From Octopus bimaculoides (lineage: Eukaryota): a stretch of 43,453 nucleotides of DNA. The stretch lies in assembly GCF_001194135.2 (NCBI RefSeq), contig NC_068996.1, positions 51,273,380 through 51,316,832 on the forward strand, read 5' to 3'. Made by a program: the position numbers and the translations under genes. Below are positions 11,864-21,390 of this stretch, piece after piece (the first letter of the stretch is position 1; the number at the start of each line of letters is the position of its first letter). The notes beneath the pieces were generated by a model. That model did no database searches. It was not told the DNA's origin and was given only the letters and a program-made list of their open reading frames with translations.

Positions 11864-13147
11864 CAAAGGGTGTTCATTAAAGATTTCCCATGATCCACTT
11901 CTTGTTATTGCAGGAAACAGAACTTGTACAGGTATAATCATACATGTCTTTACATGTCACATTGTAAATTGTAGCTTCCCACTAGTATTTGTTTGTCTTT
12001 TATGGCTGCTGAAGTGGACTAAGGTGTTATAATGGAGGCAGTTGAATGCAGATCAGTGATCAGATTCTTATACTTGAAAGGTTGTACACCAAAAGAGACT
12101 TTTAATAAGACGAAAGAAGTTTATGGTGATAATGCACCATCATACGATGGAGTCAAGCACTAGCATCGACAGTTCAAATGTGGTCGGACATCAGTAGAAA
12201 CTGCTCTTATTTCTGGATGACCACATTCCAACATTGATGATGACACCATCCATAAAGTGGAAGCTGCTATTTTAGAGGATCACCGCATAACTATTCTGCA
12301 ACTAGCCCAAGAAATGAAGATAAGTGTAGGGTTTGTGGAAAAAATCATTCACGACCATTAGCAAAAGGGGAAGTTGTCTTCATGATAGATTCCCTGGATG
12401 CTCACACCTTTTCAGAAGCAGGAACGAGTCAATTCCTCTTTTGACAATGTGCCAAGAAAATGAGGACTTTTTCGGCAGAATTATCACACAAGATGAAACA
12501 TGGGTCCATCACTATGATCTTGAGACTAAAGTCCAGTCGAAGCAATGGAAGCATGATAACTCACTACCTCCAAAGAAGGCTCCTGTCCAACCCTCAGTAG
12601 GCAAGGTAATGCTCACAGTCTTTTGGGACCAGTGCGGAGTAGTGATGATGGATTTTCTGGTAAAGGGCACCACAATTAATGGGGCATATTATGCTTCTCA
12701 GCTGCAGAAATTGCAGGATGCCATCAAAGCAGAGAGGTGTGGCATGCTAACCAAAGGAGTCTGCCTCGTCCGAGATAATGCCCCAGTTCACAATGTGCAT
12801 ATTGCCCAGATGAAAGCACACTCCTGCAGCTATGAAATCCTTCCTCATCCCCCTTACTCTCCTGACCTCGCGCCATCTGACTTCCACCTCTTTCCAACCA
12901 TGAAGTCTTTTTTTGAAGGGGAAGCACTTTTTGGATGATGGCGAACTTATTTCCGAGGTAGAGTCTTGGCTCCAGATGCAACCTACTGACTTCTACAGAT
13001 GAGGTCTTCACAGCTGCACAAAGCAATGAGAGAGGTGTGTCACCATTGGTGGTGGTTATGTAAAGAAGGACTAATAATTATGCCAAGTTTCATTTATCCC
13101 AGTCTTTGGGAAGTGGGTCAGGGAAAATCTTTAATAAACACCCCTCA
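11864..13147 (+). mobile_element. Full-length (1284 bp) defective mariner transposon, DD34D transposase pseudogene
   Basis: TA flanks (11862-63, 13148-49). Imperfect TIRs CAAAGGGTGTTCATTAAAGATTTCCC / GGGAAAATCTTTAATAAACACCCCTCA. ATG at 12032 (MEAVECRSVIRFL), motifs ITQDETW, DNAP and YSPDLAPSDF with 34 residues between D2 and D3. Multiple stops and frameshifts. Confidence 0.95.
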
Positions 13148-13149
13148 TA

Positions 13150-13260
13150 TACCATTTCACATTCAATATAAGAATAATTCCATCCAAAACGAGAAAACTT
13201 CTATCCAAAACAAGAATAATTCCATCCAAAATGAGAAATTAAAAACAAGAATAAATAATA
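13150..13260. repeat. Short degenerate tandem repeat (AATAATTCCATCCAAAA.GAG / CTATCCAAAACAAG)
   Basis: T(C/T)(C/T)ATCCAAAA occurs three times, directly after the mariner right TIR. Confidence 0.7.
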
Positions 13261-13672
13261 TCGTATTTTTGTTTTAATTATGTATTACTAAAAATAATCA
13301 GATTTTTGTGTTATATCGTTCCATTCGTTGTCAATTTATTCACTAAGTTTATTAGTGATTCATAAATAATTAAAGCAAATATACTCTATTTTTATTCTCA
13401 TTTTAAATGGAATTATTCTCATATTGAATATGAAATGGTATACATTGTAGATCTTAAATTGAAACAGAAACCTGGTGAACTCGTTGATAAATTTAACAAC
13501 TGCTTTCCTGCCAGCTGAACATTTTTCACAATTCACGAAACATTGGGCCATGTTGCTCACCGAAATGCAGTAATCAACCCTTACTATTATTGCACTCATA
13601 TTCTAACCCTAATTTTTGATGAAATTCTTTTCATTTTTATGTTCACTAGTATGACAGACAGGCGTCCCATAC

Positions 13673-14214
13673 GTGAAATTTTTTTCCCCACATGAGTTCC
13701 GGACACCAGCAATGAACTCATTTGCATACAGCCATTCAGAGCTCACTTTAACCTTGTTGTCATGTTAACAAACATACTCCACCAAATAAACTGAAAGATG
13801 AAGAATGGTGTTGTAAGTCAACGGATCGTTAAGTTATGGCTGATTTTAGAAGGAGATAAGTAATTAGATAGATTTGTAGCTATACCTATTATCGGATTTT
13901 GTTAGGGCCCCATATGGTAAAGATGTGGGTGGGGAAAAATGTGGGTAGAGGGTGATGTGCTAGCAACCCTCTCCCCTTACTGTTTTACAAAGTAAACAAC
14001 ACAAGTATGCAGAGGCAGCCATGGTTGAAAGAAAACCAAGAAGCATTATTAAAATGGAAAAGAAGCATGGTCATTCCTTACACAAATGACCTTATCTTAT
14101 TGCCCATCACTTGTTATTCGCTCATGAATTAGTTTGATAGTTGAGCTTTGATTGGCTGTATGTAAATGAGTTCATAACTGGGGTCCAGAAATCTCGTGGA
14201 AAAAAAAATTTCGC
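13673..14214. mobile_element. Mutator (MULE)-like MITE with ~75-bp TIRs and 9-bp TSD
   Basis: TSD GTCCCATAC at 13664-13672 and 14215-14223. TIRs 13673-~13748 and ~14139-14214 (GTGAAATTTTTTTCCCCAC...ATGAACTCATTTGCATACAGCCA.TCA.AGCTCA). Confidence 0.8.
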
Positions 14215-14925
14215 GTCCCATACTGGGAAAATGGTGGGATCTCATATGCCATGGAAACCGAGTAACTGGCCTTATGAGTCCTGGGAATCAAGACATTATT
14301 GTGGAGATGAGGTTAACTGGGAGTATAGGGTCAGTGTTGCTACTTGAACTGCTGAAGGGCCTTATTGGAAGGAAAGGAGCAAGGGAGGTCATGAGTGGAA
14401 GCAGAACTAGCGTGGACTTCTTTCACCTTAGCGCTGTTATATGGGACGAGTGTGTGAATAGAAGTAACTTGCTGTTAGGTTCTGGCCAGTGGTTGGGTAG
14501 GTAGGGCACTTACGGATATAACCCAACTGGAAAGGGCTGATTTTATGAGGGAAACCTGCGAGGCAGGTGAATTGTACTTTCTTAACTCGTACAACAAGCA
14601 TTTTACTATTACTTACTTTCATCCAGTCTCCACATAACTCAATACTTTCAATTATCTTCGGCAGAACTTGATCAAATTCAGAATCTTTTGTATATTTAAT
14701 TGCTTGCCTTTTACCGATATTTGTTTTTGTCTTGTTGCTTTTTTTTTGTTTTGTTTTTTTTTTGGTGGTGGGTTCAAATTACTTTTAGCAACAAAAAAAT
14801 TGAGTAATATTTCTTCTTTCTTTTCTTAATGTCATAAACTGTGGGCGAACCAACAGTGTAACTCAAAGACATTTTACAGACACATCATTGTCAAGTTTTT
14901 TTCAAAAGTTTAAACTTATTTTTAA

Positions 14926-15132
14926 GCCTTTAGCATTTAAACTGGTCCATATCCAACTCAAATATTCTGCCCGATTTATGATCTAAGTGGCCAGATCTTA
15001 CCTCTCATACTACAATGTTATTCTAAAACTAAACTGTTACATCATTGAAATCTCAAAGCTATGAGGTAATATTATGCTTAATTCAAAACAATGTGTTACA
15101 GTTAACAACATAATCTGAATGCTAAATGGCTA
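14926..15132. mobile_element. piggyBac-like MITE (diverged)
   Basis: Left TTAA-GCCTTTAGCATT, right GAATGCTAAATGGC-TAA (inverted match to TTTAGCATT). Confidence 0.5.
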
Positions 15133-15159
15133 ATTGGACTCATATTTATTACTTGGTGC

Positions 15160-15550
15160 TAAAAATACAATTATTCATCAACAGGTGCTTGCGTAGTATA
15201 CTTAAGATCAGATGGCCCGAACACATAAGCAATATGGAGCTATGGCAAAGAACGAATCAAGTTTCGATTAGGGAGCAAATATTTAAGAAAAAGTTAAAGT
15301 GGATTGGTAGCACAATTAGAAAGGACACACCAAATGTAGCGAAAAGTGCTTTACAGTGGAATCCAGATGGATATAGAAAGAGGGGTAGGCCTAAGAACTC
15401 GTGGCGTAGATCAACACAAAAGGAACTAGAGAAAGGGGGACATTCATGGCAGAGTATAAGTACAGAAGCGAGAAATTATGTGACATGGAATTCAATTATA
15501 AGTGGCCTATACTCCGCGTTGGAGGGTTAAAGGCAAGAAAGAAGAAAAAG
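15160..15550 (+). mobile_element. RTE-clade LINE 3' fragment
   Basis: Uninterrupted KIQLFINRCLRSILKIRWPEHISNMELWQRT...KLKWIGSTIRK...ALQWNPDGYRKRGRPKNSWRR, the RTE C-terminal signature, followed by an (AAG)-rich tail. Confidence 0.85.
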
Positions 15551-15574
15551 TACCAGATTCTAAGAATGGCTTCA

Positions 15575-15712
15575 ACTTTTAGGCACAAGGCCAGCCATTT
15601 CAGGGCAGGAGTAAGTTGATCACATCAATCCCAGCACTTCACTGGTACTTATTCTATTGACCCCAAAAGGATGAAAGGTAAAGTCAACCATGGTGGAATT
15701 TGAACTCATAAC
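15575..15712 (-). mobile_element. SINE family A fragment (second tail type)
   Basis: AGGCACAAGGCC...GACCCCAAAAGGATGAAAGGTAAAGTCAACC..GGAATTTGAACTC. Confidence 0.75.
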
Positions 15713-15720
15713 ATAAATAT

Positions 15721-16141
15721 GGCGCAGGAGTGGCTGTGTGGTAAGTATGCTTACCAACCACATGGTTCCGGGTTCAGTCCCACTGAGTGGCATCTTAGGC
15801 AGGTGTCTTCTACTATAGCCTCGGGCCGACCAAAGTCTTGTGAGTGGATTTGGTCGACGGAAACTGAAAGAAGCCTGTCGTATATATGTACATATATATA
15901 TATATATGTATGTGTGTGTATGTGTTTGTGTGTCTGTGTTTGTCTCCCAACATCGCTTGACAACCGATGCTGGTGTGTTTATGTCCGTGTAACTTAGCGG
16001 TTCGGCAAAAGAGATCGATAGAATAAGTACTAGGCTTCCAAAGAATAAGTCCTGGGGTTGATTTGCTCGACTAAAAGGCGGTGCTCCAGCATGGCCGCAG
16101 TCAAATGACTGAAACAAGTAAAAGAGTAAAAGAGTAAGAGT
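15721..16141 (+). mobile_element. Full-length tRNA-derived SINE family B
   Basis: Head GGCGCAGGAGTGGCTGTGTGGTAAG (A-box-like) and CCGGGTTCAGTCCC (B-box-like), internal (TA)/(TG) microsatellite, tail with (AAAAGAGT)n. Near-identical copy at 39121-39501. Confidence 0.9.
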
Positions 16142-16260
16142 ATGGGTGAATTGCTCATTATTTACATTATTTACATTTGACAGCTATTTGTCCTCGTCTT
16201 TTCAGATGATGATGAACGGTATTAAGAAAGGATGAGAAAATATTAGATTTATAAGCCCTA

Positions 16261-16311
16261 AAATTCACTCCATTGTTATAAATTCACTCCATTGTTATAA
16301 ATTCACTCCAT
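16261..16311 (+). repeat. 19-bp tandem repeat AAATTCACTCCATTGTTAT x2.7
   Basis: Directly visible immediately 5' of the SINE E head. Confidence 0.9.
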
Positions 16312-16586
16312 GGGTATATGGCGTAGTGGTTAACAGTGCAGGCTACAAACCCCAAGATTCCGAGTTCGATTCCAGGCATTGACCTGAAACAACAGCAACT
16401 ACAGCAACAACAACAACAACAACATCGAAAAAAAAACCTTAGGAATGAGAACCCAGGTTCGAAATTTCCCCAAGACTGGAGGGTATATCAGCCGAAACGT
16501 TGTGTTAACAACAAACAAGATGAGGACAAATATCCGTCGAATGTCAATAATGTACATAATTTCTCGTCTCTTAAATATAGAACTGG
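16312..16586 (+). mobile_element. tRNA-headed SINE family E with (CAA)n spacer and hammerhead-remnant tail
   Basis: TGGCGTAGTGGTTAA A-box, GAGTTCGATTCC B-box, (CAA)n, then CTG-GAGGGTATAT-CAGCC-GAAAC-GTT-GTGTT. Confidence 0.75.
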
Positions 16587-17972
16587 ATGAAATGCTGTTA
16601 AGCATTTTTCCCAGCGTGCTGACGATTCTGCCAGCTTGCCGTTTTGGGCCAGATTGTATTAACAAACGGAGGAAACAAATTGGGGAACACTTTGCCTGTG
16701 TTTATAAATAAAGCAGACGATGTGTTTATGAAGATATTAAGCGCCACCAAATGTTTGTGGCAGGTCCGAGGAGAATCGGAAAATCTGAAGTTAAAACGAG
16801 TTCAGCTGAAATTTGTACCGGATTAGTGAGAGAACCAGATAAGTGATTGCTGGATTAGTGATGGACATCATGTATTGACAACAAATCTCTGCACATTAAC
16901 CGTTTTCACTGACAAAAATATTTTGTTCCCACTCTACATCCGGAGTGAACGAACGTTGACCGGGAAATGTGTCTGGACAGAATCTGTGTGCGTGTGTGCG
17001 CGTGTGCGCGCGCGCGTGTGCGTGTGTGTGTGTGCGATGCATCACGTACCAGCATGGCTTTCAAATTGTGTCATTAGTTTACTATGTGTTTGAATGTAAG
17101 ATGTCTAATGTATTGTAAATAGCTAAAGAAGGAAAGATGGAAAGAAAGAAACCAAATAAATAAATAACGTGGAAGGGAAAAAGGAAAGATAGAAAGAAGA
17201 GAGAAAGAGAAGTAAAAAAGAGATGGAAAAGGAAAGAGAGAGAGAGAGTGTGTGTGGTGGGGGGAGAAAGGAAAGAATGAATCAACTAACGATACGAGTT
17301 TATTTCTCTCTCGCCATACTGACAAGGCTGATTCATTCATGAAGAATTTCAAACAGCCGTTTTGTTTTACATGTTGCTTAACCACAACAATAACTGAACT
17401 TTTCCACGGAGCACACACACGCACACACACACACACACACACACACNNNNNNNNNNNNNNNNNNNNNNNNNNNNNNNNNNNNNNNNNNNNNNNNNNNNNN
17501 NNNNNNNNNNNNNNNNNNNNNNNNNNNNNNNNNNNNNNNNNNNNNNNNNNNNNNNNNNNNNNNNNNNNNNNNNNNNNNNNNNNNNNNNNNNNNNNNNNNN
17601 NNNNNNNNNNNNNNNNNNNNNNNNNNNNNNNNNNNNNNNNNNNNNNNNNNNNNNNNNNNNNNNNNNNNNNNNNNNNNNNNNNNNNNNNNNNNNNNNNNNN
17701 NNNNNNNNNNNNNNNNNNNNNNNNNNNNNNNNNNNNNNNNNNNNNNNNNNNNNNNNNNNNNNNNNNNNNNNNNNNNNNNNNNNNNNNNNNNNNNNNNNNN
17801 NNNNNNNNNNNNNNNNNNNNNNNNNNNNNNNNNNNNNNNNNNNNNNNNNNNNNNNNNNNNNNNNNNNNNNNNNNNNNNNNNNNNNNNNNNNNNNNNNNNN
17901 NNNNNNNNNNNNNNNNNNNNNNNNNNNNNNNNNNNNNNNNNNNNNNNNNNNNNNNNNNNNNNNNNNNNNNNN

Positions 17973-18140
17973 TGTATGTATGTATGTATGTATGTATGTT
18001 TGTATGTACGTATGTATGTGTGTATGTGTGTATGTACGTATGTGTGTATGTATGTATTATGTATGTATGTGCGTGTGTGTATGTATGTATGTATGTATGT
18101 GTGTGTATGTATGCATGCATGTATGTATGTATGTATGTAT
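17973..18140. repeat. Degenerate (TATG)n microsatellite
   Basis: Directly visible. Confidence 0.95.
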
Positions 18141-18242
18141 GCATGTATGTATTCTCATGCATATAGTTGCATATCTAGACATACTCAAATATATTTAAAT
18201 AATAAACTTTTGCGAAGTTTTAGTTTCAATGATGAATTGGAT
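18141..18242 (-). mobile_element. Short 3' copy of the RLE non-LTR element at 18335-18615
   Basis: Minus strand IQFIIET..KTSQKFII* followed by the same 3' UTR (ATGTCTAGATATGCA.CTATATGCATGAGAATACATAC). Confidence 0.7.
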
Positions 18243-18334
18243 ATGTATGTATGTATGTATGTATGCATGTATGTATGCATGCGTGCATGTGTGCATATAT
18301 GTATGTATATATGTATGTGCAGATTTGTATGTTT

Positions 18335-18615
18335 CATGTATGTATTCTCATGCATATAGCTGCATATCTAGACATGCTCATATATATTTAAATGATAAAC
18401 TTCGGGAAAGTTTTACAGATTTTTACAGTTCCAGTGATGGATTGGGATCCATAGTCTTCGAATTAGATTTCTCCTTTCTGGTTTTGAGAAGCCTAATTTC
18501 TCAAGATTGGTATTTAGGTAGTGTGTTACATATCTCAGGGCCCCCAAAAGTTACAGATAACAACTTGAACTTGTAATTTGGATAGAGTAACTGCAGATTT
18601 CTCAATATTTCATCG
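18335..18615 (-). mobile_element. 5'-truncated RLE-type (R2/R4 superfamily) non-LTR retrotransposon C-terminus within (TATG)n
   Basis: Minus strand with two frameshifts: YDEILRNLQLLYPNYKFKLLSVTFG/ALRYVTHYLNTNLEKLGFSKPERRNLIRRLWI/QSITGTVKICKTFPKFII*, resembling the RLE tail (..+GALG....L..GT.+I.K). Confidence 0.65.
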
Positions 18616-18784
18616 TATGTATGTATGTATGTATGTATGTATGTATGTATGTATGTATGTATGACTACGCTAGTAATGTCCCTTTTAAAATTGTTGCAGG
18701 AAAGATATGAGCAAGGAGACGATTCCAAGAAATCGATATTCGGGGAAGAAGGACCGAGTACAACGGTTAGTGCAAGTCTGAGGC

Positions 18785-18935
18785 ACTAGCGTAAGTCGGG
18801 GGAGGTCGTGAGGGGTGGTCCGCCGTGGGCTGCACTTTTGGGTTCGCTGTAAGCAATATGTGTTTTTTTGTAGGGTCCAGGAGTGGAAAACGGAAGGGCC
18901 GCACTGGGTAGCACACACTCTAGCTACACTAGTGG
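18785..18935. mobile_element. Small GC-rich MITE (Harbinger-like?)
   Basis: Imperfect TIRs CACTAGCGTAAG / CTAGCTACACTAGTG with a GC-rich interior. Confidence 0.4.
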
Positions 18936-19029
18936 TCTGAGTTGTACTGAACGTCGTCGAGTGAAACTTAATCCCGCTCAACAGGAAATTTTTAAATAAC
19001 CCAGACGATATCAGAAACGTTTGAACAAC

Positions 19030-19115
19030 GCAGACGATATTATCAATGGCATAACTAGATATCATCAGTGGAAGACAATATCATCAGTGGCAGACGATAT
19101 CATCAGTGGCATAAT
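19030..19115 (+). repeat. 19-bp tandem repeat (GATATCATCAGTGG(A/C)AGAC) x3 plus a diverged unit
   Basis: Directly visible. Confidence 0.85.
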
Positions 19116-19454
19116 AGGGAAGCAAGGAGAATGAGTGCTTTCCTCCCATCCACCTGAGTACATTTTTCAAAATTGGAGCTATTTCGTCAGTTTTTTTAAA
19201 ACTCTTTAACACAACTGAGAAATAATATCAAATTAATGTAGTCACTCATCTAAATATCATATGTATATACATCTTTGTCATGCATGAGATACTGTGGCTT
19301 TCGTCGCTTGTGGACGCATTGTGTCAAAAAATACGATATGTGCGTGCGTGTGTGTGTGTGTGTACTCTTACACACATACACACACACATATATAGCTCTT
19401 TCACTCTTTATCTCTCTCCTCATCCACACGCCCCACTCACAAACACACACACGT

Positions 19455-19481
19455 CTATGTATGTGTATATATAAATATATA

Positions 19482-19562
<81 letters not shown>

Positions 19563-19596
19563 ATGTATGTATGTATGTATGTATGTATGTATGCAT
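19455..19596. repeat. Compound (TA)/(TG)n-(TATG)n microsatellite
   Basis: Directly visible. Confidence 0.95.
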
Positions 19597-20034
19597 ATGA
19601 CCAGTCTTCCTTCTTCGACGGTTTTATTGGATAAGACACGAGTTTCTAAAAGCAAAATTCGAATACAAATACGTATTCCAATATCTGAAAAATACGTTGT
19701 TTTTTGTTTGCATATAAGTATATCTGTATACATGTACCATACATGTGTAGTTGATAGTATTACGTGTGTATATAAGTGTGCGGGTATGTTGTGTCATACT
19801 CGTAAATGTTCAGCTTCTCTTCGCTACGTGCAACACACACGCACACGTGCACGCTTATGCATGTACATACATACATAGTTTCCCTCAGTTTTTGTTGATA
19901 TTTTTGTACTCAGATGTTTAATTTATTTATTTATGTTAAATTTAGAGGCTAGAACCGTCCTGAGAGTTTCTTACATCCGTACAACCGGTAAATCAGTACC
20001 TTTAGAATCACTTTTTCAAAAACAATTTTAATGT

Positions 20035-20385
20035 AGAATTAACATGCCAAAGACCCTAACATCGCCATCAAAATACAGGACCAAATATTGCGACAACTTG
20101 GGTTTCAAGGGCCCATAGCTTTTCAATATCGTCCCCCAAAAGCCTGAGAGATCAGCATGGTATGGATACAGGTGTCTTCAAGACAGAACCAGATCTTCTT
20201 CTGACAAGACTTCCAGATGAGCCTATCTCACGGCAGGAAACACAGATGAGGGAAGCAACATCTAACTCTCTCATGCCACATATCAGAGGTGATTTCAAAT
20301 AGTGACGGTATAGCAAAGCTAACGGTGGTGTCCCATCATGGCCGCAGCTCTCGGGCTGAATGAAACTAGTTAAAGGGTTATAGGA
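20035..20385 (+). mobile_element. CR1/L2-like LINE 3' fragment
   Basis: With a frameshift: PSKYRTKYCDNLGFKGP*LFNIV/PKSLRDQHGMDTGVFKTEPDLLLTRLPDEP..REATSNSL, like the CR1-group C-terminus (GP.LFN.LP..LR...FK..LD..L..+PD+P). Confidence 0.7.
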
Positions 20386-20439
20386 AGTGTTTATTTTATT
20401 TATTATTTTCATTTTCTCCTATTATTTCGAAGATCTCAA

Positions 20440-21390
20440 ACACACGACGCTGCCCTCACTCCAACACGTGACGTCCCAAGAGACTATTCGGTTTGCTGGT
20501 GCCTTCAGCCGGCCCTATCCACATGTCTCATAGGTATTCTTATACACTATGCACTCCCACACTTCCACACTTACCTTCCACATTTCCCTTAATTGCTCAT
20601 TTCTCTTTCATTTGGGCCAGAATATTTTACCATGTTAACTTGTCATCACTTTGGAGTTCTTTCGTGTGGTCAATTCCGATGTCTGGGTCACTACACGATA
20701 TTTGCATGGATCCACTTGCTGTCAGTGATCCTTGCTACATATCAGACCCAGCGGAATTTGTACTTTTAGTATTTCGTTTATTCCACTCCGTTTTTCAATT
20801 ACATCGTTTTAGATATGCTCTCGTAATGTTATTCCAGGCATGAGTCTTTCCACGGCCCTCTGTGCCACAACCAATCGCTGTTCTTCCTTCTTCGTAGTAG
20901 CCCATGTCTCACGTATAAACGCGTAAGGTAGGATGGTGTTATTGAAAAGACTGGCAAATGGAGTCTTGTCCAGCTGTGCTTCGCGTACATATTTAATCTT
21001 CGTGATCTTCTCCCTATCATTACTGCTTCAGCGTTTCATGTCTCGACTAATATTTATTGTTTGTTCCGTGTAGGTTTACTCCTTCACCACATTTCATTAT
21101 TTTTCTCCTGTGTTCGGCCTTGTGTTATGTTTTCGGACTGCGTTAATTTCGTTTACATGCGGTATATTTTGAGGCCTGCTGCTGTTCTCCGTTTGTTTTA
21201 CTCTGTCAGTATAGTCTGAGGTTTCTGTGATGGGTACAATGTTGTCTGCGAATTGGATGTGTGTTACTAGCTCGTTGTCGACGACAATCTCACCTTCCCA
21301 GTCAATGTTTCTGGTGACCTTTTCAGACGTGCGATTAAAAGCTTTGGAGAGATGATGTCGCCTTGTTTGATGTTTTTCCCGGGTTCAGTC
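20440..21390 (-). mobile_element. Decayed RTE-clade LINE (RT C-half and C-terminus)
   Basis: Minus-strand motifs KQGDIISPKL, THIQFADNIV (FADD-like), ATTKKEEQRLVVAQRAVERLMPGITLREHI. Confidence 0.8.

Noticed and set aside
12333-12938. Intact transposase or a domesticated SETMAR-like gene
   Set aside because: Upstream stops and frameshifts within a TIR-bounded 1.28-kb mariner; no SET domain.
14196-14622. ORFs of 61-102 aa in a GC-balanced stretch
   Set aside because: No recognisable motif in any frame; likely old repeat debris.
16261-16311. CRISPR-like arrays (also 19030-19115, 27133-27196, 27634-27700)
   Set aside because: Head-to-tail tandem units with no unique spacers, no cas genes, eukaryotic context.
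16312-16390. Genuine tRNA genes in the SINE heads (also 33403-33475)
   Set aside because: No proper acceptor stem or cloverleaf, and they continue into SINE bodies.
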